From IMG/VR virus record IMGVR_UViG_3300021964_012561, positions 50,637 to 114,636 of that record: 64,000 bases of DNA, one strand, 5' to 3'. The notes under the pieces are model-generated. The model had not been told where the DNA came from. It made no database searches and saw nothing but the letters and a program-made list of their open reading frames with translations. The position numbers and the translations under genes were made by a program. Source of the stretch: a virus. Positions 21,681 through 31,403 of this stretch are shown piece after piece (position 1 is the stretch's first letter; each line of letters begins with the position of its first letter).

Positions 21681-22506
21681 CAAGAAAAGAAACGTAGGAA
21701 TCATTTATGAGCTTTTTACTAGACACATATCCAGCCTAGTTATTGAAGGCAAGAAAAAAGAAATTAAAAAAGCAACTAAAATCCTAGAAAAAAGATTTAA
21801 AAAAGGCACAGAATTGTATAAAGAATTCCGCCTTTTTAATGCACTAGTAAACGCATCTGTTTCTTCTCAGGAAAAAGCGGTTATTGTAGTTGAAAATGCA
21901 AAAAAAGAAATATTAAACATTGACAATAGAAAACTCAATCAAGAAAAATCTAAATTAATTAAAGAAATTAACTACGATCTTAAAGATAAAGATTTTTATT
22001 ATCGATCAATTCCTTATTATAGGGAATATGCAAATTTGCAAAATCTTTTTAATGAATGGCGAAAAAAAGATGCATCAAATTTAAAAAATCTAATTGAAAA
22101 AGAAGAAAAAGCTACACAGTGGTTGTTAAAAGAAAAGAAAAAAAATGAAGTGCACGAAGAAGCAGATGTATCAAGTACGAACAATTTAGTGTTCAGCATA
22201 ATGAATGAAAAAATTAACAACAAATACAGCAATCTGTCTCACGATCAAAAACAAATTATTAGAAATTATGCACTTTATTCAGATGCAGATCAGGAAAAAT
22301 TTAAAAGATTTTTAAGAGAAAACAAAAACAGAGCTTTGCAAGAAATAGAAAGGTTTAAAGCTTCGTGTGAAAATCGTATCATTCTAGAAAAAATTGACAA
22401 CGTTAAAAATAAAATACATAATCTCAATGTTGAACCTGATAGTGATCAAGAAATAATTAAATTTTTAACAGTTTCTAGTTTAATTAAGGAACTCAAGGAG
22501 AAATAA
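21667..22506 (+). CDS. Conserved head-module hypothetical protein
   Basis: KHNKKRNVGIIYE N-terminus; lies between portal and protease; ATG 21667 preferred. Confidence 0.7.
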   Translation: MTKHNKKRNVGIIYELFTRHISSLVIEGKKKEIKKATKILEKRFKKGTELYKEFRLFNALVNASVSSQEKAVIVVENAKKEILNIDNRKLNQEKSKLIKEINYDLKDKDFYYRSIPYYREYANLQNLFNEWRKKDASNLKNLIEKEEKATQWLLKEKKKNEVHEEADVSSTNNLVFSIMNEKINNKYSNLSHDQKQIIRNYALYSDADQEKFKRFLRENKNRALQEIERFKASCENRIILEKIDNVKNKIHNLNVEPDSDQEIIKFLTVSSLIKELKEK

Positions 22507-23103
22507 ATGAAATTACTTACAGAGTGGTGTGCATTTAACATAACAAAAGAAATGATTAACGAGTCTAGAGAACGTCATGGAGGAAAATTAGTTTTAAAAG
22601 GTCCGATTCAAAAGTCTAACACTTTAAATCAGAACGGAAGAATCTATCCTAGGGCGATACTTGAAAGAGAAATTATGAATTATCAAAAATTAATTCAAGA
22701 AAATCGTGCAATGGGTGAATGCGATCATCCTGATTCTTCTGTTGTTGAACTTAAAAATGTTTCACACGTAGTAAAAGAAGCTTATATGCAAGGTGACATT
22801 GTATACGGCGCAATAGAAATACTAGATACACCTAGCGGAAAAATTATTCAATCACTAATTGAAAGTGGCGTTACTTTAGGTATTTCTTCAAGAGGCGTAG
22901 GGTCTACACAAAAACAAGGAAATACACAAATAGTACAAGATGATTTTCAGTTAATTTGTTTTGACATGGTATCAGAGCCTTCTACTCCTGGCGCATTTGT
23001 AATGAGAGAGGGAAAAGAAATTTCTCAAGACGAAATTAATAAGATTTTTAACAAAACTGATCGGGTTAATAGAATTTTTAATGATATATTAAACTGGGAG
23101 TAA
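22507..23103 (+). CDS. Prohead maturation protease (T4 gp21-like)
   Basis: NQNGRIYP, GECDHP (catalytic His), GISSRGVGS (catalytic Ser), DMVSEPSTPGA. Confidence 0.95.
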   Translation: MKLLTEWCAFNITKEMINESRERHGGKLVLKGPIQKSNTLNQNGRIYPRAILEREIMNYQKLIQENRAMGECDHPDSSVVELKNVSHVVKEAYMQGDIVYGAIEILDTPSGKIIQSLIESGVTLGISSRGVGSTQKQGNTQIVQDDFQLICFDMVSEPSTPGAFVMREGKEISQDEINKIFNKTDRVNRIFNDILNWE

Positions 23104-23105
23104 TT

Positions 23106-23555
23106 ATGTCAAAATTATTAAGAAGTGAATTAAAATCTATTGTAAAAGAATGTTTAGTTGAAATATTATCTGAAGGGTTGGCAGAAAACAATAGCAGCAA
23201 TTACATAAAAGAATCTAGCGAATATAATAAAAAATCAATAAAATCAAATGTTAACAAGTCTTCTTATTTGAACAAAATTTCTTATAATCGAGAATCAAGC
23301 AAAAAACAAGATTATGCGCCTGCTAGTAAAATTAAAAATACAAATTTGACATCTGATCCTATTTTGAATGATCTACTTGCTGATACTGCTAAAACTACTT
23401 TGCAAGAGCAACTCTCAGCTGAGTCTCGAAGAGGACCGATGGTAACTACTGGTGGTGATAGAGCAACAATGATAGTAAATCAATCAAATCCGGAAGAATT
23501 ATTTGGAAGTGAAAGTGCCGGCAAGTGGGCTCAACTAGCTTTTTTTGATCAATAA
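23106..23555 (+). CDS. Leader-bearing head-associated hypothetical protein
   Basis: MSKLLRSELKSIVKECLVEILSEG leader; SD GGGAG. Confidence 0.7.
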   Translation: MSKLLRSELKSIVKECLVEILSEGLAENNSSNYIKESSEYNKKSIKSNVNKSSYLNKISYNRESSKKQDYAPASKIKNTNLTSDPILNDLLADTAKTTLQEQLSAESRRGPMVTTGGDRATMIVNQSNPEELFGSESAGKWAQLAFFDQ

Positions 23556-23602
23556 CTTTTTGTCATTATATATATAAATGATTTTAAATTTTGGAGAACA
23601 CA

Positions 23603-23854
23603 ATGAAAAGAAAAATTTTACGTTTGACACCGCTTCTTTTAAAAAAAATTATTAAAGAAGAAAAAGAAAAAATTTTAAAGGAAAGACAACAGAAAAAAAG
23701 TAAGTTAAGTAATCGTCAAATTGTTGAATCATTAAAAAAGTTAGTGTTGCTTAAAAAAGCCCAAAAAAGAGCTGGTAAAGATTTTCAAAAAATCTTTGAA
23801 GAAAGACAAAAAATTAAAAAATTAATCAAGGAGAGCACAAATGGCAGGAACTAA
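23603..23854 (+). CDS. Small highly basic leader-bearing protein
   Basis: SD GGAG before ATG 23603; RLTPLLLKKIIKEE; Lys-rich. Confidence 0.65.
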   Translation: MKRKILRLTPLLLKKIIKEEKEKILKERQQKKSKLSNRQIVESLKKLVLLKKAQKRAGKDFQKIFEERQKIKKLIKESTNGRN

Positions 23855-24338
23855 CTATTATGCAAATGTCGAAGGTAAAAATGTAGCTACATCTCTACCT
23901 GCGGATAAAGGTCAAAGTTTTACCAACAATTTACAATCAGCATTTTCAAGTTCCCCTGTAAACAAAGGAGAGATTTCTGCTGAAGAAAGAAAAGAAACTT
24001 TTCAAAAACTAGTTTTAGATGGAGAAGTTTTAAACGGAAACGGTTTAAATCTTTTTAATAGAGACTATTTTAAAAATGGCGCGCCAGATATTAGTAACAT
24101 TGATATTGAATCTTACAATTTGCCTTCTCCATATATTCCTAACCCGACGTCTCCAGGCCCAGGAAGCTTAGATGCAGATGATAAACCTGCTTTTGAAGGA
24201 GATGTTAAAGATCCTCAAACTATCAATAGCCAATTTGGGGCAGGAAATAATAGTACATATAATCCTGCTATTTCTTCAAAAAAACTAAGTGATTTAAAAC
24301 TAGGGAGTTATCTACCTGGAAATTCAGGCGGTAATTAA
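23841..24338 (+). CDS. Hypothetical head-module protein
   Basis: SD AAGGAG; 165 aa, Pro/Gly/Asn-rich. Confidence 0.65.
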   Translation: MAGTNYYANVEGKNVATSLPADKGQSFTNNLQSAFSSSPVNKGEISAEERKETFQKLVLDGEVLNGNGLNLFNRDYFKNGAPDISNIDIESYNLPSPYIPNPTSPGPGSLDADDKPAFEGDVKDPQTINSQFGAGNNSTYNPAISSKKLSDLKLGSYLPGNSGGN

Positions 24339-24339
24339 A

Positions 24340-24930
24340 ATGTATGCTGGGGGCGGTTATAATTTAGGTAATTACGACCCTAGGACTGGAAAAGAACCTT
24401 CAAAGATCGTAGGATCGCAGTCTGTAGGAGATTTATCTTTAAAATTCTTGTACGAGGAAGATGAAGAAGGCCAGACAGAAGAAGTAGAAAATGAAGACGT
24501 GTTACCTAACGCCGCCAGCAGCAAAATTGTGCATAGTTTAGCAATGGGTGTAAGTGACCCTTTGGCGAAAGGTGATAGGTCGGCAGGTCAGCTTAAAAAT
24601 ACAGGCGGCGCCGGCGCAGGTTTTTTACAAGAATTTGCTGGATATCACAAAAACCCAGCTAGAAAAGGAATTTCTCCTTATAAACAACCAAAGCATTCCG
24701 GTCCGCCTTTAGGGGCTGGTGGTAGTGGACAAGCTTTTAGGACAACAGGCAATAGAATTGATTTAGGCTCCAGAAAAGGTTGGTCAAGAGCTTATCAAAG
24801 TAAAAAACAAGGCAACCAAAAAAGATATTTTAGTTTACAATCATTGGTGCAAGATACACGCGATGGCTTTCATCAATTTACTAGACAGAAAAATAAAGTA
24901 AAAAAAATCATTTACGAGATTAATAATTAA
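24340..24930 (+). CDS. Hypothetical head-module protein (acidic N-half, basic Gly-rich C-half)
   Basis: 196-aa ORF packed between neighbours; LYEE and LQE candidate cleavage sites. Confidence 0.6.
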   Translation: MYAGGGYNLGNYDPRTGKEPSKIVGSQSVGDLSLKFLYEEDEEGQTEEVENEDVLPNAASSKIVHSLAMGVSDPLAKGDRSAGQLKNTGGAGAGFLQEFAGYHKNPARKGISPYKQPKHSGPPLGAGGSGQAFRTTGNRIDLGSRKGWSRAYQSKKQGNQKRYFSLQSLVQDTRDGFHQFTRQKNKVKKIIYEINN

Positions 24931-24996
24931 TGTCATTTCCTAGGAAAGAATAGATTTTAACAAATAAGTATTAAATAAATTAGGCAAGAGGAGATT

Positions 24997-26517
24997 ATGT
25001 CAAAAATTTTTGAAGAAGCATTAGCAGATGCAAAAAAACTCAAAGAGGTTGCTGAAGCGAATGCTAAAAAAGCGATTTTAGAATCAGTAACTCCTAGAAT
25101 TAAAGAGTTTATTGAACAACAAATTCTTGAACAAGACGACAAACTAGTTGAATCTAAGAATGACGTCGATGATGTTCCGGAAGAAGCAATGCATGCATTA
25201 TTAGAAATGATTGCAGGTAAAGATCTTGTTAGTAAAATTACTGACAAACAAAAATTAAACGAGGCGTTTAAAAAATCATTTGACAACCTGAATGATTCAG
25301 AACAATTACAAATGAAAAATTTAATACAAAAAATTAATCAAGAAAAAAATAATTTAAAAAGCAGAAGAATAATTAATTCTGTTAACACAATTCAGGAGAA
25401 CAAACAAATGAGTAGTCGTGAAAAATTTTACGAAATTGACTTAGCACTTTTAAGAGAAGCAGTTGATGACAAAGCTGTTGAAATGAAAGCTAAAGAGTTA
25501 GAAGAAGACGATTTTTTAAAAGGTTTAGAAGAAGAAGACAATCAAGCTGAAGAAAAATTAGATGAATATTCTATACTTTTCGAACAAGATGATGCAGACG
25601 AAGCTTCAGAAGAAATGGAAGAATTACCTGATGAAGCTGGTGCTGGTGCAGAAGATGACGCTGTCGAAATTCCTTTAGATCTTGCTCAAGAATTACAATC
25701 AATTTTAGACGCAGAATTAGGAGGTGCTGCTGGTGAAGCTGCCGGTGGAGAGCTTGGTGATCTAGGAGATTTAGGAGCAATGGAAGATTTAGAAGATTCT
25801 GAAGAAGAATCTGAAGAAGAATCAATTGAAGAAATGGGTCACTACGGCATGAATGAAGACGATGTTGACGAACCTCTTAAAGAAATGTTTGATGTTGATC
25901 CTAGCATGCTTCGTGAAGAATTAGCAAGCATTAGATCAATGTTAGGTGAAGGAAAAATGGATCACCACTTTGGTGGAAAAGGCGCCGGAAATGGAGGTCA
26001 TAAAAACGCATTCGGCGGTTCTGGACCCAAGAAACATGGATATCAAAAGTCTTTCGGTGGTGGATCTTATGGAAAAGATGTATTCGTAACTCCTCCTTCA
26101 ACTTTAAAGAAATTAAATGAAGCTATTCAACAGCTTCGCAAATTGAGCCGCATGAATCGAGCTCAAAACGAGAAACTGAATAAATACAGAGGTGCAGTTC
26201 ATACACTTCGTGAACAGTTGGAAGATCTCAACTTATTCAATGCAAAATTACTCTATGTAAATAAGCTTTTACAAAATAAAAATCTAAACGAGTCACAGAA
26301 GAAATCTGTTATCAAAGCTTTAGATGAAGCAAAAAGCTTGGGAGAAACAAAAGCATTGTTCCAATCGCTTACTGAATCATTGTCATCATCTAAGTCAAGC
26401 TTAAATGAATCGACTCGTTTTGGTAGCTCTTCAAGAACAACAACTTCCGGATCAGGAGCTAAAGACAGAAAAGTCGGTGAATCTGATCGTTGGGCGAGGT
26501 TGGCTGGTCTTAAGTAA
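24997..26517 (+). CDS. Prohead scaffolding/core protein (gp22-like)
   Basis: Directly upstream of MCP; acidic coiled coil; EALADAKKLKEVAEANAK, LNLFNAKLLYVNKL; terminal RWARLAGL. Confidence 0.8.
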   Translation: MSKIFEEALADAKKLKEVAEANAKKAILESVTPRIKEFIEQQILEQDDKLVESKNDVDDVPEEAMHALLEMIAGKDLVSKITDKQKLNEAFKKSFDNLNDSEQLQMKNLIQKINQEKNNLKSRRIINSVNTIQENKQMSSREKFYEIDLALLREAVDDKAVEMKAKELEEDDFLKGLEEEDNQAEEKLDEYSILFEQDDADEASEEMEELPDEAGAGAEDDAVEIPLDLAQELQSILDAELGGAAGEAAGGELGDLGDLGAMEDLEDSEEESEEESIEEMGHYGMNEDDVDEPLKEMFDVDPSMLREELASIRSMLGEGKMDHHFGGKGAGNGGHKNAFGGSGPKKHGYQKSFGGGSYGKDVFVTPPSTLKKLNEAIQQLRKLSRMNRAQNEKLNKYRGAVHTLREQLEDLNLFNAKLLYVNKLLQNKNLNESQKKSVIKALDEAKSLGETKALFQSLTESLSSSKSSLNESTRFGSSSRTTTSGSGAKDRKVGESDRWARLAGLK

Positions 26518-26559
26518 CTGTTCAAACAATAATTAACAATTTTATAGGAGATAAAACAA

Positions 26560-28530
26560 ATGTCTAGATCATTTAGTTTAAATCAACTGACAGAAGGAAT
26601 CAGAGAACGTCATTTAGGCGCTGATACCTCACGTCTTGTGTCAAAATGGACACGTACCGGTCTTCTTCGAGGACTTAACGAAAACAAGCGCGAAAATATG
26701 GCTCGCATGCTTGAAAATCAAGCGTCTCAACTTCTTCGTGAGGCAAACACCTTAGGAAGCGGTGGATCTGCTAATAACATCGATGGATTCTCTAACATCG
26801 CATTTCCAATCGTTCGTCGTGTATTCGGTGGATTGGTTGCTAATGAATTGGTTTCCATTCAGCCTATGTCACTTCCAAGTGGACTTCTTTTCTACTTAGA
26901 TTACACATACGGTAGTGATATTCACGGTGAAGATGCAGGTGCAGGAAACGCTGCTGATACATCTTCAGCAAACATTTATGGAAAAGGTGATTCTCTTTAT
27001 GGTAATCCTTCTGGAAGTTCTATCCGAACAGGTGCAAATGCAGTTGGCGGTATGTACGACTTAGCTGGTAGTGGTTATTCTTTAGTACATTCTTCCTCAA
27101 ACATTCTTGCTGATAATGATGCAGCTCTAAACGATACTTTCCATGTACACAACATTGCTTCTGCATGGGGTGCATACAATACGGCTGGAACATTTACTAT
27201 TGGTAATTCTTTAGAAATTACTAATAATAAAAACCTTAAATTAATTCAGTATGATCCACAACTTATCAAAGAAATTTCAGAATACAGTACATCTTTTTCT
27301 GTTGGCTTCTTCGAGTTAGGTGAAACTATCAAATCACAATTTGACAGAACCAATGCAAAATCTTGGGGTCTTGTACAACATTTAGGTGCGGTAACTGCTA
27401 TCGATACAAATCTTTTGTCTTTTGATCAAGATGCTTCTGGTAATGCAATTACTGACTCTTCAGGAAACGCTTACCAAGATGGTACGGGTGTTTTTAACCT
27501 TAGAAGACTTAATCAAATTGGTACTTGGAACGCTTCTACCAAGGTTTGGACACCGGACGTGACTGGTGATCACTTATTAGCAGTTTTTAGAGGTGCACCA
27601 GCTGATACAACAGGTCGTACAGCGGCAGTTGAATTGCAACTAGTTGCTCCGGTACTTGATCAAGTATCAGCAGAAGGTGGAACCGGTGGAGTTGTAACTA
27701 TTCCTTCTTTCGAATCTGGATTTTCTGCTGGTTCTACCGGAAATGTTGCTCCAATTATACCTGAAATCGACATCAAGATCGAGTCTATCGCGGTAACAGC
27801 TCAGACACGTAAGTTAAGAGCTCGTTGGTCTCCAGAACTCGCTCAAGATCTTAATGCTTATCATTCAATGGACGCTGAGGTTGAATTGACCCAGATTCTT
27901 TCTGAGCAGATTGCATTAGAAATTGATCGTGAAATTCTTAATGACCTTCTTGTTGAAGCAAAAGGTGCTAACTACTACTGGTCACGTGCTCCTGGTAAAT
28001 TCGTTAAGAAAGACACCGGTGCAGTTGCTTCTAGTACAATTGGTCCTAACTTTACTGGTACAGTTCGCGAATGGTACGAAACTCTTGTTGAAACCATTAT
28101 CGACGTTGCTAATGAAATTCATAGAAAGACTCTTCGTGGAGCTGCTAACTTTATCGTGGTATCACCTGAAGTTGCAACTATTTTCGAAGCATCAGTTCTT
28201 TACAAGCCAAGCATCAAAATTGATGGACAAGGACAGACATCTGCTCCTTTCTCTATCGGTGCAGAGTCGATTGGATCTCTTTCTAACAGATTTACTGTTT
28301 ACAAAGATCCTTACTTCCCACGCAACAAGATCCTTGTAGGATACAAAGGTGGATCATACCTTGAGTCTGGATACGTCTATGCTCCTTATGTACCACTTAT
28401 CGTTACTCCTACAATCTTCGCACCTGAAGATTTCACACCAAGAAAAGGTGTAATGACTCGTTACGGTAAGAAAATGGTACGTGCCGATTTCTACGGAACA
28501 GTTACATGCCTTGACATGGACATTATCTAA
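26560..28530 (+). CDS. Major capsid protein (T4 gp23-like)
   Basis: PIVRRVF..ELVSIQPMSLPSGLLFYL, TRKLRARWSPELAQDLNAYH, EIDREI, YAPYVPL, GVMTRYG; highly biased codon usage. Confidence 0.97.
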   Translation: MSRSFSLNQLTEGIRERHLGADTSRLVSKWTRTGLLRGLNENKRENMARMLENQASQLLREANTLGSGGSANNIDGFSNIAFPIVRRVFGGLVANELVSIQPMSLPSGLLFYLDYTYGSDIHGEDAGAGNAADTSSANIYGKGDSLYGNPSGSSIRTGANAVGGMYDLAGSGYSLVHSSSNILADNDAALNDTFHVHNIASAWGAYNTAGTFTIGNSLEITNNKNLKLIQYDPQLIKEISEYSTSFSVGFFELGETIKSQFDRTNAKSWGLVQHLGAVTAIDTNLLSFDQDASGNAITDSSGNAYQDGTGVFNLRRLNQIGTWNASTKVWTPDVTGDHLLAVFRGAPADTTGRTAAVELQLVAPVLDQVSAEGGTGGVVTIPSFESGFSAGSTGNVAPIIPEIDIKIESIAVTAQTRKLRARWSPELAQDLNAYHSMDAEVELTQILSEQIALEIDREILNDLLVEAKGANYYWSRAPGKFVKKDTGAVASSTIGPNFTGTVREWYETLVETIIDVANEIHRKTLRGAANFIVVSPEVATIFEASVLYKPSIKIDGQGQTSAPFSIGAESIGSLSNRFTVYKDPYFPRNKILVGYKGGSYLESGYVYAPYVPLIVTPTIFAPEDFTPRKGVMTRYGKKMVRADFYGTVTCLDMDII

Positions 28531-28556
28531 TCTTTAGGTAGATGATTTAAAACCAT

Positions 28557-28590
28557 AGGGTGCGGTGTTTATTCACCCACCCTTTTTTTT
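28557..28590 (+). terminator. Rho-independent terminator after MCP
   Basis: AGGGTG-C-GGTG / CACC-CACCCT stem followed by a T run. Confidence 0.8.
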
Positions 28591-28601
28591 ATGGAGAAAA
28601 A

Positions 28602-29135
28602 ATGAAAATAAGTAAAAAAGATTTAAAAATGTTAATTGAAAATTATGTAAGCGAAGGATGGGCTGATCAAGTAAATTCAAATTATGCTGATGGGATGAGA
28701 GACAGCTTAAAAGGTGCTGGTTTCAAAGAAGATAATATGTGGGACATGAATTCTCACTATAAGGCAGCTGATACTTTTCATGCACATCTACAGCAAGGTT
28801 ATGATTATGAAACTGATATGAATGGAGACGATGTACAAATTGATGAAGAAGTAGAAACTCCTAAAGGGGAAGTTTCAATAGTTCCTTGCCCTAATGGCTT
28901 GACTGTGTTAATTGGTAAAAATGGTGCACCAGATTTGCTAGTGCCAAAATATTCTAAAAAGAGTACACGTGAGCCTAAGGTTTTATCATCACAAGAAAAA
29001 GCTGTTGTAGCTTTTATAGAAAAGTATGGTAAGAAATTTAAAACAGACAATGAAAGACTAAGAGTAGAAAAATCAGGTTTAACTCCGTACACTAAATTAT
29101 CTGTTAATGGGTATAGCATTTGTTTTGTTCCTTAA
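28602..29135 (+). CDS. Leader-bearing hypothetical protein
   Basis: SD GGAG then MKISKKDLKMLIENYVSEG; the ORF-track start at 28560 lies inside the terminator. Confidence 0.7.
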   Translation: MKISKKDLKMLIENYVSEGWADQVNSNYADGMRDSLKGAGFKEDNMWDMNSHYKAADTFHAHLQQGYDYETDMNGDDVQIDEEVETPKGEVSIVPCPNGLTVLIGKNGAPDLLVPKYSKKSTREPKVLSSQEKAVVAFIEKYGKKFKTDNERLRVEKSGLTPYTKLSVNGYSICFVP

Positions 29136-29219
29136 TCATTATACATTTATTAAAAATTTTGTACTATTACCTAGTATCATTAAGATACATTTACACACAA
29201 TACACACACGGAGAAAATC

Positions 29220-29411
29220 ATGGCTAGTAATCCATATGAACTGCGCCAAGGTCTTTTAGGACAAGCCCAACAAATTTTAGTAGAAGCATACCACAGTGAA
29301 GTGCAACGATGTCGAGATCAAGGCGTTGCTGCTCATAATGTAAAGTTTCCTTCAACAGAAGATATTATAGCAGAAGCTGAAAAGCTTTATGCATTTGTAC
29401 AAAAAAAATAA
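29220..29411 (+). CDS. Small conserved phage protein (PYELR..P-TEDIIAEAEKLYAFV type)
   Basis: SD GGAG; 63 aa; CA-repeat-rich 5' leader. Confidence 0.7.
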   Translation: MASNPYELRQGLLGQAQQILVEAYHSEVQRCRDQGVAAHNVKFPSTEDIIAEAEKLYAFVQKK

Positions 29412-29471
29412 ACAAATAAAATTTATTTTTTAAAACATACTTATTTTTAACAAGCTAAGTTAGGAGTAAGT

Positions 29472-30065
29472 ATGTTTTTTTTGTTGTTTCTTTTAAGTTT
29501 TTTATCTTTTGGAGGTGAGCCGCAACCTGACATGTCGATTACGGTAACTGCAGTTAAAGGTGTGACAATTTTTGTTGACAAACCTATTGTTATAGGTGGA
29601 GGAGAAACTTATCAATCTTCTGAATTAGAATTTTTAATTACAAGTTATGCGACTTTACATAAAGAAACTTTTGTCAAAGATCCGCGAATGATAAATAGTA
29701 TTTATAACGCATCAACTGTCCAAACGGTTAATTCTGAATGTAACTGGTTAGGTAATTCAATAGATTGTGCAACTTCTGAATATATGTATGTTTTAAAAAC
29801 GCAGGTGGTTATTAATCCTGTTAGAGCATACGTCACAGTTACACTGCATGACCACAGAATGAATGCAGTTTCTTCAGCTACAGTATCCAATAAACATCAA
29901 AGAAGTGTAATACAGCTGGTACAGCAAACACAATCTCAAGGCTTGTTAGGTAGTACAACAACTACAAATCCTCAAAAGCCAGAAATATTTAGCGTAGAGC
30001 CGTATCTTTATGAAAAAGATTTTCGCCAAGCTGTTATTTTAATGTATAGCTCATTTCGATTTTAA
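29472..30065 (+). CDS. Putative exported protein with signal peptide
   Basis: SD AGGAG; hydrophobic N-terminus MFFLLFLLSFLSFG. Confidence 0.6.
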   Translation: MFFLLFLLSFLSFGGEPQPDMSITVTAVKGVTIFVDKPIVIGGGETYQSSELEFLITSYATLHKETFVKDPRMINSIYNASTVQTVNSECNWLGNSIDCATSEYMYVLKTQVVINPVRAYVTVTLHDHRMNAVSSATVSNKHQRSVIQLVQQTQSQGLLGSTTTTNPQKPEIFSVEPYLYEKDFRQAVILMYSSFRF

Positions 30066-30400
30066 ATGAAATCTTTCCAAGCGTGAGGTTTTCTATCTTT
30101 AAGGTAATTTAAGTCTTTGTCGTTTTCATACGCTTCTCTTTCAAATGGAATTGCATAATAAGCTTTTCTACCATTTAAACCTTCTAATCTCGCTTTAAGC
30201 CAGTACCATACATAAAGAACATAAAAACCAATCAACCAGAGTTCTCTCTGTTGAACAAGGTGAATCTTTTCGTGATTGTATACAGTAACATCAAGCTTTT
30301 CTTTTGAAATAATAAACGGGTATAACGTAATCGCATAGACATCAATAAAAAGACTCATTGCTTTGCAAAATTTTGGGCTAATTATTATTATTGGTTTCAT
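30062..30400 (-). CDS. Small HExxH (zincin-like) membrane-associated protein
   Basis: HEKIHLVQQRE..FEREAY; hydrophobic stretch; SD AGGAG before ATG at 30400. Confidence 0.7.
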   Translation of the reverse strand: MKPIIIISPKFCKAMSLFIDVYAITLYPFIISKEKLDVTVYNHEKIHLVQQRELWLIGFYVLYVWYWLKARLEGLNGRKAYYAIPFEREAYENDKDLNYLKDRKPHAWKDFI

Positions 30401-30401
30401 G

Positions 30402-31328
30402 TTATCTCCTATTGTATGGATATTTAGGCTTGAGTGTGTCAACAGCGAACCTACCACCTCTATTTGGATCTAGTAAGTATTGTAATGTTTTATAAAGCAC
30501 CTCCATTGTCATGCCAATGTCTGCAGTAGCTTCATGCCACGATTCATTGTCAATTTCAAATGCTGTTGCCATCATGCCTAGGCGGCTAGCAAGATAAGGT
30601 TTTCCTTTATACGATAATGCTGTGATACTGTCGATAATGTGTTTGTCTTCTGCATTCATTTCTGACTCATTTTTTTGCACATATTGTAAAACTGCTTTTA
30701 AATAATTATCAATAATTGCGATAGAATCCATTACGGCAATGTCTGGTGCATTTAGTCCACCTCTTTGGTAAAAAAGATTTGTCATTTTTGCGTCAAAAGG
30801 AGAATTGTGGGCCCAAAAAACTATTTTTCCTGTGGGGCTGGCTGTTTTTTGGGCCTGTATGTATTGATTAAACATTTCAGCGCCTTCTGCTTGATTAACA
30901 CGAGGTACACCATCACCACCATAATAATCATTCATGTCTAAAAGCCCTGGAATTGAGTATTTTGGGTCGCCTTGATAAGTTCCAGCATCAAGTTGGGCTT
31001 GTTGCCTTTGAATTTCAGTCTCAGTGTCGGATGTTAGTATAATCTTAACATTAAACATTCCATCGTTGACTGGGGAAGGTATTTGTTCTAATCCATTTGG
31101 TTCATAAGCTATAGCAGCTAACTGAGTAATTTGTACGAAATTAGGAACAGAACCGTCTTTGTTGGGTAAACCTGTCGTTTCTGTATCAAAAAAGACCCAA
31201 TTGTGTTGCGCAAGATCTTTAAGTTTGGAAATCATGGCAGAAAATTCAGGTGGGTAAAAACTAGGGCTAACTGAACGTTCATTTATAAACTTGCGCCACT
31301 CAGTTAAAATTTGCTTCATGTTATTCAT
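30402..31328 (-). CDS. DEDDh 3'-5' exonuclease (DnaQ/epsilon-like)
   Basis: ExoI FFDTETTGL, ExoII AHNSPFD, ExoIII WHEATADI; SD AAGGAG. Confidence 0.88.
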   Translation of the reverse strand: MNNMKQILTEWRKFINERSVSPSFYPPEFSAMISKLKDLAQHNWVFFDTETTGLPNKDGSVPNFVQITQLAAIAYEPNGLEQIPSPVNDGMFNVKIILTSDTETEIQRQQAQLDAGTYQGDPKYSIPGLLDMNDYYGGDGVPRVNQAEGAEMFNQYIQAQKTASPTGKIVFWAHNSPFDAKMTNLFYQRGGLNAPDIAVMDSIAIIDNYLKAVLQYVQKNESEMNAEDKHIIDSITALSYKGKPYLASRLGMMATAFEIDNESWHEATADIGMTMEVLYKTLQYLLDPNRGGRFAVDTLKPKYPYNRR

Positions 31329-31403
31329 TCAATCTCCTTTAAAACTTTCTTCTTTTATGTTATAATTATCTTTATTAATAGCTATTTACTAAAGGAGAAA
31401 ACA

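Noticed and set aside
27923-28339. 138-aa alternative-frame ORF inside the MCP, and the many short antisense or overlapping ORFs in the track
   Set aside because: These are by-products of biased codon usage in real genes; no SD or recognisable motifs.
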